A DNA stretch of 64,000 nt from an uncultured virus (IMG/VR IMGVR_UViG_3300008111_002316) (IMGVR_UViG_3300008111_002316), one strand, 5' to 3'; counted from the first letter of the stretch, positions 1-10,994 are shown. Numbers and translations: made by a program. The notes: a model not told the origin generated them from the letters alone.

Positions 1-208
1 TGCTGAAAAAGTTTTTCGTGGGGACAGGGTGTGGGGTGTGGGGTGTGGGGTGTAGGTTTTTACCGATTCTCATCTGGTCAATTACCTAATTTTCAGAGAA
101 AAAGTACCTGAATTTTCCCCCCCTCACTCCCAGAACTGGTACTTTTTGATTGACAAAAAGTCTAAAAGTCTTACCCAACAAGGTTTTTAGATTTATTCAG
201 CCAGCCCT
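1..208. mobile_element. Microcystis-type MITE-like repeat (left end cut by window edge)
   Basis: Non-coding. Starts TGCTGAAAAAG and ends TTCAGCCAGCCC (inverted-terminus-like). Contains a (GGGGTGT)n heptamer run. Resembles repeats I recognise from Microcystis intergenic DNA. Confidence 0.6.
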
Positions 209-210
209 AA

Positions 211-399
211 CTAACTCAACGCTTCAAAATAATCGCGAATTTGATTACGTCGCTGGGATTGACGCAGTTTTTGCAACGCTTTCGACTCAATTTGTCGCAT
301 CCTTTCCAGGGATAATTCCCAAGTGCGACCGATATCACCTAAAGCATGGGATTTACCATTAAAATTTAGTTGGCCATTTTTCGGACATCGAGTCCTCAA
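211..399 (-). pseudogene. C-terminal (region 4) fragment of an RpoD/SigC-type RNA polymerase sigma factor
   Basis: HALGDIGRTWELSLERMRQIESKALQKLRQ is a sigma-70 region-4 HTH. The upstream part of the gene is missing. Confidence 0.75.
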
Positions 400-479
400 A
401 TTGCCGCCCCCTGCACCTTCCCCACCGGTGCGTTGCTGAGGGTGGGGACTGATGCAGGTTCGTTCAACTCGACTTGATA

Positions 480-2167
480 TTAAGGCTGAAAGAAATTTGC
501 CGCAACAAACTCGCCAACAGCTAACCCCATTTCAAAAGAATCAGTACAAGCTTCACTGACGTGAACCCCGCCATAAATACGACTGAGGGCATCTTCCATT
601 CCCGCTTCATAGAAGCTATCGAAATCACGAACGACACCGGGAAGTTCTTGGGAGACAGCACTAAACACATATCTTGGGAGACAGCACTAAACACATAGTT
701 GTCACCAAAATATTCGGTCATCACTCCAGCAAATGCTCCCCCCATGGCGGAATGCCCTGACATATAATCCGGGAAAGGTGGCGAATTAACCCCCATTAAT
801 TCTGACAGCAAGGGTTTCCAATCGGGATCGCCCACCGTAGAAGCTATCCCGTCATTAGCCGCAAATCCTCCGGCAATTATGTCATCAGGGCGAGGTTGCA
901 GTTCAGTGTATTTCTCTTTCCAAGCGATGATTACTGCATCCTCTAGTGCGGTATTTAACGCGGCGAATAGGCTGGCAGTTTTTTCTAGGGAACTACGCTC
1001 TTTGACGGCAATTTCTTGAGCAATTTGGTTTAAGTGACCGTAGGGACGGAAGGTATCAGCCCGGTCATAAGCGAAGAAAACAGCCATTTCTGTCTGGTCT
1101 GCATTGCGTAAAGTGGTAGTCAGAGCAGTGTTTTGCAAGCCGCCGTAGAGCCGGACTTCTTCAATTTCTTCGGCATACAATGTAGGATTTGTGTCGGGAC
1201 GGCCTTCAAGAGTCACATCAAGATTATTTTCCGATACAAACTGGTTAATGTCACCAATTGCCCAAGTATCTACTCCCCCCCAGTTCGCACCGACTGCTAC
1301 CCCCGCAGTGGGTCCCTCTGCTTCTGGCTTCCAAACGTAGTCTCCAGACGGTGGAGTGTAAGGCGTATTGTCGTTAGAACCATCATTAGCCCGTAAATTC
1401 ATGCTCTGATCGGCTACTAAAATACCAAAATTAAACCCACGTTTTTTAGCAATGTTACTGTCCGGAATCTCTGCCAGAGAATTGGATAATTGCTGTAAGA
1501 ACAAGCTATTTTGTTTAGGTAATTGAGTAGAAAGAACTCGATAAGCCGCCCCGACTACCGATGCCTCTAACAAGGCATTTTTTGGTGCGTTCACATTTAC
1601 AGCGTAAGAGGGATATAAAGTGTTGAAGGCATTGACCGTATCATAAACGGCAGTAGAAACCAGTGCCATTAAGCGAGAACCTACGGTTGGCGCAACTCCC
1701 CGCCCCGCTTTTCCCTCAGTTTGAATCGCATTTAAAGCAATTGCATTCCAGTTGATTACGACATTAGTATTGCGTCCCGATACTAATTTACTGATAACAT
1801 TATTAGTTTCCAGTTGTTCAGCAATTAGGTTATTTGCGTCAACTTCAGCAATGAGAAAGTAAGCCCCTAGAGCGATGACTGAAGTGTTGTTGTTATACGT
1901 CAAGTCTAAGGTGACTGACTGTCCAGCGTTTAGGTTCAAGTTTGTGCTGACACTGGTGAGTAAGGCATCGTTTTTGTCAATCTGACCGTCAGTAGAAATG
2001 TACAGGTTGACAGTAATGGAACCACTGGCGATTCCTTGTCCTTGATTGGTGACAATTACCTGTGCAGTTCCCTGAGCGTCCATATCAACCGTGTTTGGCA
2101 AATCAATCACGCCAAAACTTATTTCTAAATCAGGTAGAAAGTCATTGATTGATTGTAAATTAAGCAT
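480..2167 (-). pseudogene. Vanadium-dependent haloperoxidase/PAP2-family protein with N-terminal CARDB-like domain, frameshifted
   Basis: Motifs WKEKY..RP, PPFPDYMSGHS and SRIYGGVH. The last motif lies in another frame (480..668) because of a 26-bp tandem duplication at 646-697. Confidence 0.8.
646..697. repeat. Exact 26-bp tandem duplication
   Basis: TCTTGGGAGACAGCACTAAACACATA at 646-671 and 672-697. Confidence 0.95.
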
Positions 2168-2326
2168 AAAAAACCTCTCTTGAGAATATACAAATACATT
2201 ATAGCACAAGAAAAATTAAAAACCTAAAAATTAAGTCTAAATTTAATATATTCTTTTTATCTTTAATTTGAGCGAAAAAAAAGCCTTCTAAGTTAAAGAA
2301 GGCAAAAAATTAAAAATTCAAACTAA

Positions 2327-3043
2327 CTAACTAAAAAAAGCTTTGATAGCATCAATTACTTCAGGGTCATCTTCTGGGTAGCAAGCAACATTTCGTTGTT
2401 GTCCGTTAACTAATCGTTCTTCTTGTTGGGAAAGATGTTCACAAGTTTTTTTGACAAATTTCCCTAAAGAAGAACGATTTTTCAAGTTAACAGGTAAACC
2501 TAAAGATTCAGCAATTTCGGCGACCCCTTTTAATTTAATACCAGTTAAGCTATTACTGGCTGGCATTAAATCAGAAATAGCGTGGTCTATCAAAAACTGT
2601 GCCAATCGGGGGTTGTTGTCAGAAATCAGATTTTGGATTTCAGCGACCGCTTTAGCTACCTTCACAGCTTTTTCTTCACTAGGAAGTTGAGGCTGGGTAG
2701 TTTGCGGTGGAGATTGAACAGAATAGCTACCAGTTTTGCGAATAGCGGTAAGGACTACCTGTACTACCCAATCTTGAAATGGTTCTGCTTGAGGTTTGCG
2801 GCTGGTTAACACTAAACGATAAAGTCCAGACTCTTAAATGATTGCCATTTCTTGGTTTCCACCAAGGGTAAGCACACTGTGCAGACCCTTTTCATAGTCT
2901 TTTAAACGAGATAGAACTTTAGAAATGCTAGGTTGTTCTAGTACATCACAAATATCCTTGGCGACAAACCACGGTTCATCGCCGATAAGGACTACTCGGA
3001 TTTCGTGGGTATCAAATTGAAACGCTACAAGACTATTAGGCAT
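2327..3043 (-). pseudogene. BRO-N domain antirepressor interrupted by an in-frame TAA
   Basis: EPWFVAKDICDVL ... MAII*ESGLYRLVLTSRKPQAEPFQDWV. The two ORFs are in frame across the stop at 2834-2836. Confidence 0.85.
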
Positions 3044-3070
3044 AGTTTAAAACCTCTAGAGAATAAAGTT

Positions 3071-3098
3071 ATTATAACACAAAGAAAAAAAATGTCAA
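3071..3098 (-). promoter_or_regulatory. Sigma70-type promoter of the BRO gene
   Basis: TTGACA-16-TATAAT on the minus strand, about 30 bp before the ATG. Confidence 0.7.
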
Positions 3099-3181
3099 CC
3101 CAAAACTAAGATTAAAATTTAAACTAAAAAAAGTCTTCCAATTTATTGTAGGAAGACTAGCTTGAATCAACTATCCTATGT

Positions 3182-4210
3182 TCAATCTTTTTGTTTTAGC
3201 AAGAAATTGTTGCTGATAACTTTAAAACTGGTGTAGGAATTTTCAAAGTTTCTGAGAACCAGACCCTCACGAGTAGTATTAGGATTAACAAGGGAGTGAC
3301 CGGAGGAAAAAGCAATTAAAGTATCAAGGGAAGAAGGTAGAAAAAAGTCACTAAATAGTAGAGGAACTGTATCAAGTCCAGCATTGGACAATAGGGAATG
3401 GTTAGCAGGGGAAAAAATGTCTAATCTTTTTTGATTGTCAAGGTTAATCAAATTGAAAACATAAAGCCGATAGTTTGGAAGTTTGTAAGGATTGCCTTGA
3501 ATTTTACCCCCAACAATTTCGCCTTGAATAGCGGAGGGGAATGGTAAAGATTTTAGGAAATCACCAATTTTATACTTGTGAAAAAATTGCCAATAAATGT
3601 TGGTATCGGATTCCTTTAATTCCCGGTTTTGAGAGCAGACACCAAAAGTATCGTTGTAGTAGAAAGCAGTAAAGCTAGTGCCGTCTAGTTTTTCGGTAAC
3701 ATTGAAGGATTTTTGACGAAGTAAAGGGTATAATTCACTCAAATTTTGAATGCGTTCTTCGTCAGTTTTAGGGACAAAAGAAGGGAAATAGCCTAAAATA
3801 TCACCATGTAAATAAGCAGATACATCGAGTTCCCATTTTTTGACACCTAATAAATTAGTGAGGTCTGTACCAATTGTAAAAGTCTTAGAAGTCAAGAAAA
3901 AGTTAGATAAGTGAGATAAAGGCAAAGCTAGACCCTGACTTAATTGTTCTCTCATATTAACGGTTCTGATACGAAAACCTTTTTCACCAGTGTTTAAGGT
4001 TGCGAAACAATACTTCCGCAAAAACTCAAATTCTGGAAGTTCAGGTAGAAAAGAATCAATTTCAAAATAAACACAAAGGCTACCAATTTCAAATAGACCT
4101 TTTTTGACTACGACTTTCCAACCACGGACAGTAGCCACTTCAATATTGTCAGCACCGGGAATAGGTTGAATGTCTTTGATGACTTCTAAGGTTGCAAGTT
4201 TACGTTCCAT
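3182..4210 (-). CDS. ATP-dependent RNA ligase (DRB0094/Rnl2-like)
   Basis: N-terminal MERKLAT..IQPIPGADNIE OB-like domain. Motif I TEKLDGTS, then QGEIVG, REGLV and FKVISN. Confidence 0.85.
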   Translation of the reverse strand: MERKLATLEVIKDIQPIPGADNIEVATVRGWKVVVKKGLFEIGSLCVYFEIDSFLPELPEFEFLRKYCFATLNTGEKGFRIRTVNMREQLSQGLALPLSHLSNFFLTSKTFTIGTDLTNLLGVKKWELDVSAYLHGDILGYFPSFVPKTDEERIQNLSELYPLLRQKSFNVTEKLDGTSFTAFYYNDTFGVCSQNRELKESDTNIYWQFFHKYKIGDFLKSLPFPSAIQGEIVGGKIQGNPYKLPNYRLYVFNLINLDNQKRLDIFSPANHSLLSNAGLDTVPLLFSDFFLPSSLDTLIAFSSGHSLVNPNTTREGLVLRNFENSYTSFKVISNNFLLKQKD

Positions 4211-4236
4211 AAGTTTTTTAGGGGGGGAGAGAAAAT

Positions 4237-5283
4237 TTAAAAATCCAAAATGCAAGAAAGCAAGCCAGAGAGATGAGGACAGGGTTCAAAATCGGGCAAA
4301 GAGCAAGTTGAAAAAGATTTTGAGTTAGCCCATTCCTTGAGATATTTATGAGTACGAGGGGATTTTAGGGAAACAATAGCACTTGGTGCATAGGATTTGT
4401 TAATGAACCAAGGAAAAGCTTCAGATAGCAAATCCGAAATGTTATGCCCATCATAAAAAGAGGAACCCCAAGAATCAGTTTCAAGATAAGAAGACCATTT
4501 GTTAAGATTAGGAGTCTTATAGAAAAAGGAAGTTTGGGAAACCTGATTCAAATGGACTTGCCAAGCGTCAATCAAAGAAGAGAGGGAATTACCCTGATTG
4601 AGATTGTGAGCAAAATGAGAAAATAAACCTTCGAGAGGGCAAGGAAGATTAAATTTTGACTGAGAAAAAGAAATAACGGAGTTGAAACATTGGAGATAAA
4701 AAAGAGAAAGTGAAGACCAAAGAGATAAAGAATGGTCAAGATAGGCAGAACGAGAGAGAGAAAGTTCAGAGTTGAAAAGTTTCCAAAAGGGTGAATAAGA
4801 GAGCAAATCAAAAGACTGAGTAGCCTGATAACAAGAGTCGTATTGATTCAGAAAAAAGATAGAGTATTTAAGAGAATAGTCAAGTTGGGAGACTATTTTC
4901 TGAGATAAAGCCATTGTTTCAGAGTTAGGAGAAGAATTGGGAGCCTTATCAGAAAAAGGAAGGTTTTTGAGACTGGTCAAGGTACTACCCAAAGCGAGGA
5001 GAATAGCTTTATTAAGACCTTGAGCAGAAGTAGCGTTAGATTTGGGAGGATTGAAGAGAGGAAGAAGGGATTTTAAAAGATTGTAGATTTGGAGATGATG
5101 AGAGCAAGTATAACCAACAGGAAGGACATTGGTTAAGACAAAAAGTTCAAATTCTTTATGAACTTTAATAAAAGAGGATTTGTCGGTAATTTCCGATTGA
5201 ATAGCAGAAAGGGACAAGTTATCAAAATCTCGCAACATAAAAGATTTAGCTGTGACTTTTTTACCATAGCCTCTGGGACGCAT
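4237..5283 (-). CDS. Hypothetical protein
   Basis: 348-aa ORF with GGAGG RBS, co-oriented with the helicase. Confidence 0.6.
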   Translation of the reverse strand: MRPRGYGKKVTAKSFMLRDFDNLSLSAIQSEITDKSSFIKVHKEFELFVLTNVLPVGYTCSHHLQIYNLLKSLLPLFNPPKSNATSAQGLNKAILLALGSTLTSLKNLPFSDKAPNSSPNSETMALSQKIVSQLDYSLKYSIFFLNQYDSCYQATQSFDLLSYSPFWKLFNSELSLSRSAYLDHSLSLWSSLSLFYLQCFNSVISFSQSKFNLPCPLEGLFSHFAHNLNQGNSLSSLIDAWQVHLNQVSQTSFFYKTPNLNKWSSYLETDSWGSSFYDGHNISDLLSEAFPWFINKSYAPSAIVSLKSPRTHKYLKEWANSKSFSTCSLPDFEPCPHLSGLLSCILDF

Positions 5284-5297
5284 AAAAACCTCCGTAC

Positions 5298-7247
5298 CTA
5301 TCGAGATTGGACTTGTCTTTTAGCCTTTTGAACTAATTCAAAGAGGGCTGGTTGTTTATAAAAAAGATGAGAAGTTAAGTCAACAAAAAAGGAGTCATGA
5401 GCAGAAGCTAAGGAATAAGATTCCATAATGATAGGTAAATCTTTACGAAGTTCAAACCCTTTAGAAGAAGTAAAAAAATTTAAACTAATTTCTACCATTT
5501 TAGCAGGAGGGTAATAAAGATTTTCAGCCTCAAGACATTTCAAAATAGCTTGAGAGATACAAGTGCCGTTAACCTCTAAAAACACGGAATAAGGATGCCA
5601 TTTAGGAGAGTTATTAGAGTAATAATCAGCCTCTAGAAAAGTGCGTAAGGGTTCAAATTCAGGGGAATAAAAAGCTTGATGAGCTTTTAAAAAGTGAATA
5701 AGAAAATTAACGTCAAAAACAGGAGGGGGTAAAGATGGTTTCTTTTCGATGTTATAAGTGAAAAGAATGAGACAAAACCGCCAAAAGTAAACTAAAGCTT
5801 GAGTAGAATAAGTCATAGTTTGGATTCGGAAATTGCGTTCTAAGTCTTCGACAGTCTTATAAAGAGAACAAGGCTTAGTCTTTTTCAAAGTAGGAGATAT
5901 AGAGCGCAGAAGATGTTTATAAGTCTCTTCATCAATATCTGGAAATTTCTCAGGTTGAAAAAGAGGAATTTCCTCAGTATAGCCCACAACAGACAAAAAT
6001 TCTTGAACACAAAGGTAAATCAGCCAATAAATGAGAGACTCATAAGAAACATTGTACTTATCAGCAATAAATTGCCAATGTCGATGAAGGTTAAAAGGAC
6101 AAGTTTCGTCAACCTGATAAGGTAAAGATTTGTCTTTACAAAGTTCAGCCTTAGTTTTAATTTCTAAGATTTTTATTCTGTCTTGAATGCCAGAGTCAGC
6201 GTTATAGAAATCACGAAGATTGAAAGAATTGCTACTAGCAATAATTACGGTCTGGGATTGTGTGTTAACAGCACTTTCACCCTTATTTTCAGTTTTGAGA
6301 ACATTGTTAGAAACAATCTGTTTAATTTTGCCAGAAGAAATAATACGACGTTGGGTTTCTTTGGTTAAGTCATCGATAAACGTAAAATGACTGCTGGCAA
6401 TTTCAGCCCAACCAAAACGACCGCTAGACTCAGAAATGGTAGTAGTTTCAAAGCCTAAAGATTGAATAGCTTCGGATATAGCGTCTAAAAAGGTTGATTT
6501 GCCTAAACGAGGTTCGCCAGTAATTATACCCATATAACGGGCTTTATGTTCAACGACAATACCCTCAACGGATTTTGTACCCCCACGCCCCACAAAAATC
6601 CTCCCAATGATGTACTGAAGCATTTTAGATTCTGCAGAGGGAAAAAGGTATAAAAGGTCGTCAATAGAAATGGAATCAAAACGTGAGTCAAACCAAGACT
6701 TTAGGGGGACAACATATAAACCTCCATCGCCCCCTGTAAGACTGATTAAGTTATCAGACTTTTGACGGGAATTAAACTTTTCAGCATCAAGAAAAAGGGA
6801 CGCAAGATTAAAAATGGCTTTTCGTTTATCACCACCTAACTCTACCATAGGTTTCCAAAAATCACCAACTGATTTACCACATTGAGAACGAATAGCACAA
6901 TAAGCATTAGACAATAAAGGTAAATCATCACCAAGGCTAATTCTTTTACGCCATTTAAAATTTTTTGGCGGGTTAACATCAGTAATTGTTTTACCATCTT
7001 TAGAAATCAGGGTGAAAGGCGTATCGACATAAACCCTGTGTCCAACACAGTCAGGGTTAGAATGGGGAATGAAAGTATAACCTAAAGAACTTAATACCCG
7101 AATACCTTCTGCATATTTATCATAGTCACTAAGATAGTTATCCCCTAAATCTTCTGTATCTTCGACCTCTTTTAAGTGATTTTGGCTATTATACTCTGGG
7201 TGGTTAAATTTGTCCACGTTGTTAGAGGATGCTTTTTTTCTGGGCAT
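5298..7247 (-). CDS. SF3/D5-like helicase (primase-helicase)
   Basis: Walker A GEPRLGKST, Walker B FTFIDD, motif C IIASSN. Confidence 0.7.
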   Translation of the reverse strand: MPRKKASSNNVDKFNHPEYNSQNHLKEVEDTEDLGDNYLSDYDKYAEGIRVLSSLGYTFIPHSNPDCVGHRVYVDTPFTLISKDGKTITDVNPPKNFKWRKRISLGDDLPLLSNAYCAIRSQCGKSVGDFWKPMVELGGDKRKAIFNLASLFLDAEKFNSRQKSDNLISLTGGDGGLYVVPLKSWFDSRFDSISIDDLLYLFPSAESKMLQYIIGRIFVGRGGTKSVEGIVVEHKARYMGIITGEPRLGKSTFLDAISEAIQSLGFETTTISESSGRFGWAEIASSHFTFIDDLTKETQRRIISSGKIKQIVSNNVLKTENKGESAVNTQSQTVIIASSNSFNLRDFYNADSGIQDRIKILEIKTKAELCKDKSLPYQVDETCPFNLHRHWQFIADKYNVSYESLIYWLIYLCVQEFLSVVGYTEEIPLFQPEKFPDIDEETYKHLLRSISPTLKKTKPCSLYKTVEDLERNFRIQTMTYSTQALVYFWRFCLILFTYNIEKKPSLPPPVFDVNFLIHFLKAHQAFYSPEFEPLRTFLEADYYSNNSPKWHPYSVFLEVNGTCISQAILKCLEAENLYYPPAKMVEISLNFFTSSKGFELRKDLPIIMESYSLASAHDSFFVDLTSHLFYKQPALFELVQKAKRQVQSR

Positions 7248-7309
7248 GGAAACAAACTCCTTAACTTAATATGTTACCCATAATAGGCCATAGGAGTAAT
7301 TTTGTCAAG

Positions 7310-8143
7310 TTATTTAAATTTTTGATAAGCATTTGCTAAACGAACGTCATAGGGGGGTTTATGCAAATGGTAATTAGACCCATTATAGGAATAAGCAAAC
7401 CCTTTCCAATCTTTAATTCTTAAAGTTTTAACTAATGAGTTTTTGATTAGAAATTGACCAAAAGCTTTTAATTGCTCTTTAGGGCTGAACATAGCTTCAT
7501 AAAAATCTTGTACATTTTTAAATCCAACAAGAGCATGATTAAAGCCCATAATTTGAAAAGCCCCATAAGAAGCAGATTTCAAAGCGGCTGTTTCATTTAA
7601 ATCTTTAGCAATATCTAATCTGGAATATTCTTTTTCGGAAGACGATAAATTTAGACTTGGATTGTATTTTTTGCTGGAAATCTTAGGATAATCTTTATCG
7701 TATAAATTATTAGTTAGGCTACTAAAGATATGAGATTCAAAGCGAATAATAGGTTTCCCATCTTTTTGTACCCAAGAACCAGAAGATTCTACTTCTATAA
7801 CTGCTTTAATGGTTGCTAATTCAATAACTAAAGATTGGGATAAGGCTAAAATGTCAGCTTCTGTGATTGGGCTAACATCCAATTCAGTTTCAGTATTTTT
7901 TTCAGGATTGTAACTTGTTAATTTGCTTATAAAAGTTTTACCAATTAATTTTTTATCAAAATTATTAAGGTTTAATAATTTAGCGACAGACTCAATAGCA
8001 GTCTCAGTTCCTTGACCCCAAACTCCGTCAATTTTTAAATGATAAAATCCTTTTTCTTTGAGTAAAGTTTGCAATTCGGCAAGGATTTCAGAATTTGATT
8101 TTAGTTGATTAAAAGTAAGCGGCTTGCTAATTTCAGATAGCAT
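7310..8143 (-). CDS. Endolysin: peptidoglycan-binding domain plus N-acetylmuramidase (DUF3380-like)
   Basis: IDGVWGQGTETA (PG-binding); AVIEVESSG, IRFESHIF, SASYGAFQIMGFNH, FAYSYNG. Confidence 0.85.
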   Translation of the reverse strand: MLSEISKPLTFNQLKSNSEILAELQTLLKEKGFYHLKIDGVWGQGTETAIESVAKLLNLNNFDKKLIGKTFISKLTSYNPEKNTETELDVSPITEADILALSQSLVIELATIKAVIEVESSGSWVQKDGKPIIRFESHIFSSLTNNLYDKDYPKISSKKYNPSLNLSSSEKEYSRLDIAKDLNETAALKSASYGAFQIMGFNHALVGFKNVQDFYEAMFSPKEQLKAFGQFLIKNSLVKTLRIKDWKGFAYSYNGSNYHLHKPPYDVRLANAYQKFK

Positions 8144-8195
8144 TTTAAAAACCCAAGATATACTAATCTTGGGTTTGAGCGTTTTAAGCTGGTAA

Positions 8196-8423
8196 CTATT
8201 CCGACTTTTCAACAAATTTTTCGTAGGTATCAAATATATCTTTTAGAAGCAAGTTTAGATTGGTAACTGCGTCTAATAGACTGGTGCGAGAAGCCAAACG
8301 AGAATTGTTACAGTCTAAATTTTTTTCAATGCGACGACGAGCATTGATGATGCTACGGGTCAATAAAGTACATTCGTTTTCTTGCTCTCCATTGTAAGCA
8401 GAAAAATCAAAGTTATTAGACAT
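8196..8423 (-). CDS. Hypothetical protein
   Basis: 75-aa ORF in the same orientation as its neighbours. Confidence 0.5.
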   Translation of the reverse strand: MSNNFDFSAYNGEQENECTLLTRSIINARRRIEKNLDCNNSRLASRTSLLDAVTNLNLLLKDIFDTYEKFVEKSE

Positions 8424-8498
8424 AGAAAAAACAAGGTGGGTAAGGGTCTAAAAGGGGAACAAAGAGGGGTAGAGACTAAATCTACCCCTAGACTAGCA

Positions 8499-9470
8499 CT
8501 ACCAGTCTAAATTAAAACCATCATCAGTCGGATAGTTTTCCACAGGAATTAGAAGAGCAACATTTACTTTCCAATTACCATTGGTCATCTTTTTCTTGTC
8601 GGCAATCCGCAGAGTACAGGGTTTCTCACGAGAAATGATGGGGTTTCCACGCAAAGTAGTAGCTAAAGCTCTGTTACTCATGACACGAATGCCAGAGTCT
8701 AACGAAAGGATGTAAAAACCTCCATTTTCCGACTCTTTAAATTCATAACCGGTATGAACAGAATTTTCGTCCATCTCACGGAGAGGAATACCACCACCAC
8801 CACCGGTATGGGGTTCACATAGAAAAGCCCCTAAGTTGTTTTCGTTGTTTTTGAGATACTTTGCAAACGCCCGTTTAAAAGATGCTTCTTGAGATTTCCG
8901 CTTCTCTAGGTCAGGTTCAGAGTAACGAACACTGAATTTGACAGTCAGACTTTCGGGAAACAGTTCTGTTTCTGGCAAGGTAATCTCAATGTCTCCGTTG
9001 TCTAAAGCCACATCGCAACCTTCTATGGCTTTAAAAGCTAATAGAGGAACAAAAAGTTTAGCTCCCATACGGACACCAACATTACGCCCTTTCAGCAATA
9101 ACTCTTCATAAGCTTTGATTTCTTCTGGAGTTTTTGCTTTGATTTTTTCTTCGTCTGAAACAGGTGTGCTATCACATTCAAATAAGCTAGGATTTTTTTT
9201 AGCGTAGGCAGAATCTCGAAGCTTCTCGTTTGGGACGAAATACACAGTAGGGCTGAATAAGCGTTTAAAATTACCGTTATCGGCTTGTACTGTTAATACT
9301 GAGTCGTTATCGGAGAAATCCTCTCCAACGGACTCAAAAATGTATTTAAATTGGGACTTAAGAAGATTTCCAATTGACGAGTTTGGAATGTTGACGTAGG
9401 ATTTATCCCAATTTTTCGAGGAAAGTAGGGCTTCAAATTTATCATAACTGACGACAGAGTTGTAGGACAT
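8499..9470 (-). CDS. Hypothetical protein, possibly ssDNA-binding
   Basis: Acidic/aromatic C-terminus DDGFNLDW; adjacent to replication genes. Confidence 0.45.
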   Translation of the reverse strand: MSYNSVVSYDKFEALLSSKNWDKSYVNIPNSSIGNLLKSQFKYIFESVGEDFSDNDSVLTVQADNGNFKRLFSPTVYFVPNEKLRDSAYAKKNPSLFECDSTPVSDEEKIKAKTPEEIKAYEELLLKGRNVGVRMGAKLFVPLLAFKAIEGCDVALDNGDIEITLPETELFPESLTVKFSVRYSEPDLEKRKSQEASFKRAFAKYLKNNENNLGAFLCEPHTGGGGGIPLREMDENSVHTGYEFKESENGGFYILSLDSGIRVMSNRALATTLRGNPIISREKPCTLRIADKKKMTNGNWKVNVALLIPVENYPTDDGFNLDW

Positions 9471-9654
9471 AATTAGTAGGTTTTGAGAGAGTTTGGTTGA
9501 TTTTGAGGTCTGATTTTTAATTTTTGCGAGAATCAGCAAAACTTGCATCTTAGACGTGAGCGGTGTAGAGGCTTAAACTAGAACCTAGTCGCTTTGTCTA
9601 TATTTCCTATATTAGCTGGTTTTTTTCGAGTTGTCAACCCCTTTTTCAAAGATT

Positions 9655-10560
9655 TTACAAAAAGTCTGGAACAAAGTCATAGTAGCCCCAGAATGGTACA
9701 CGGTGTCCAGCAGTCAAAAACCATTGATGAGCTTTTTGGATATGCTTTACACTTGAGTTAGGTGTACCAGCATTTGCTACTTGCACTATTTGGGTTTTAA
9801 ATTGGGCGATATTGAGCAAATCGTATTGAGGTGGTGGATTTAACAGATTAATCACCTCTAGAGGGCTACCTTTTGACAAATTGTCAGATTTATCGCCTTT
9901 TTCAGCCTTAATATCCCAGACTTGGGTAGGGTTAGCAATTTGGGTTTTTTCCCTTTTGAGTGTGTGAGCGATTACTCCTTCTACATTTCTAAAACGAGGT
10001 GTCCATTTATCCATGCTGACCCATTGAACAGTTGTATCGACCCATGGTTCCTTAATTGCCTCGTCTAAAGAAAAATTCGCATTGAGACAACCATCATTGA
10101 CTAATCCCATCCAATCCGAGTCGATAGTGTGAAGAAAGATTAAACGTTTAGGACTTGTGCGGACAAGTGCCGAAGCTATATCATCTGCTTCATATTTTTC
10201 AAATTTAAGGTAATGCAAGGGCGAGTTAGGTGCGTGAATGTAGTCAATACCAGCTTGATTGACATCATACCATTCATCTGTTTTAGTGGGTCTTCCTCCT
10301 TTATATTCGGGAAATCCTCGTTCTCTTAAATAATCGCTTCTCCAATAGGGTGAACTGTCGTCGACTACCACCACAGTATGCGGAAAATAAGGTAATCCAG
10401 TATAGCCCCTGTTTAATTTTAAAGCCCATGCCGCTTTTAACCATGATTTCACAGTCTCTGGGGGGCAGTTTGCTTTGATAAATTGATATTCAGAATAAAT
10501 TTGATACACAGCAACTCGAAAATCTACCACCATTAAAGGGGCATTTGAAACATCAGACAT
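9655..10560 (-). CDS. 5'-3' exonuclease/flap endonuclease (T4 RNase H/T5 D15-like)
   Basis: YKGGR, YEADDI, DSDW and GDKSDN metal-binding motifs. Confidence 0.8.
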   Translation of the reverse strand: MSDVSNAPLMVVDFRVAVYQIYSEYQFIKANCPPETVKSWLKAAWALKLNRGYTGLPYFPHTVVVVDDSSPYWRSDYLRERGFPEYKGGRPTKTDEWYDVNQAGIDYIHAPNSPLHYLKFEKYEADDIASALVRTSPKRLIFLHTIDSDWMGLVNDGCLNANFSLDEAIKEPWVDTTVQWVSMDKWTPRFRNVEGVIAHTLKREKTQIANPTQVWDIKAEKGDKSDNLSKGSPLEVINLLNPPPQYDLLNIAQFKTQIVQVANAGTPNSSVKHIQKAHQWFLTAGHRVPFWGYYDFVPDFL

Positions 10561-10712
10561 AATTAAAGACCGGTATAGTTATTAAATATATGTCTGAGGT
10601 TCCAAAAAAAGCCCTCTAATATGGTAGAGGGTCAAGTAGAGGGCTTAAGTAATAAGGAGTTACGATTTCATTATAACCGATTAGTTTAAATTTGTCAACA
10701 ACTTTTTTTCTG

Positions 10713-10994
10713 ATGACTAATACTACTGAGAACACATACTCACCTGATTGGGTTTCACCACCAGGAGAAACTCTTGCGTACATCCTAGAAGAAAGAAATA
10801 TGTCTCAATCGGAACTCGCCCAACGCATGGGGTTGCCGAAAAAGACTATTAATCAACTAATAAAGGGTAAAGCGGAAATTACTATCCGTATTGCCTACAA
10901 AATGGAATTAGCTTTATGGATACCTTCTGCTCGTTTCTGGATAGAGCGAGAAAGACTTTACCGAGAATCTCTAGCAAATCAAAACCAATGCTAG
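10713..10994 (+). CDS. HigA-like XRE HTH protein (stand-alone antitoxin-like)
   Basis: PPGETL..LEERNMSQSELAQRMG..KTINQLIKGKA..FW. Confidence 0.75.
   Translation: MTNTTENTYSPDWVSPPGETLAYILEERNMSQSELAQRMGLPKKTINQLIKGKAEITIRIAYKMELALWIPSARFWIERERLYRESLANQNQC

Noticed and set aside
400..480. Hairpin resembling a group II intron end
   Set aside because: Lacks the domain V consensus. More likely a host repeat or terminator.
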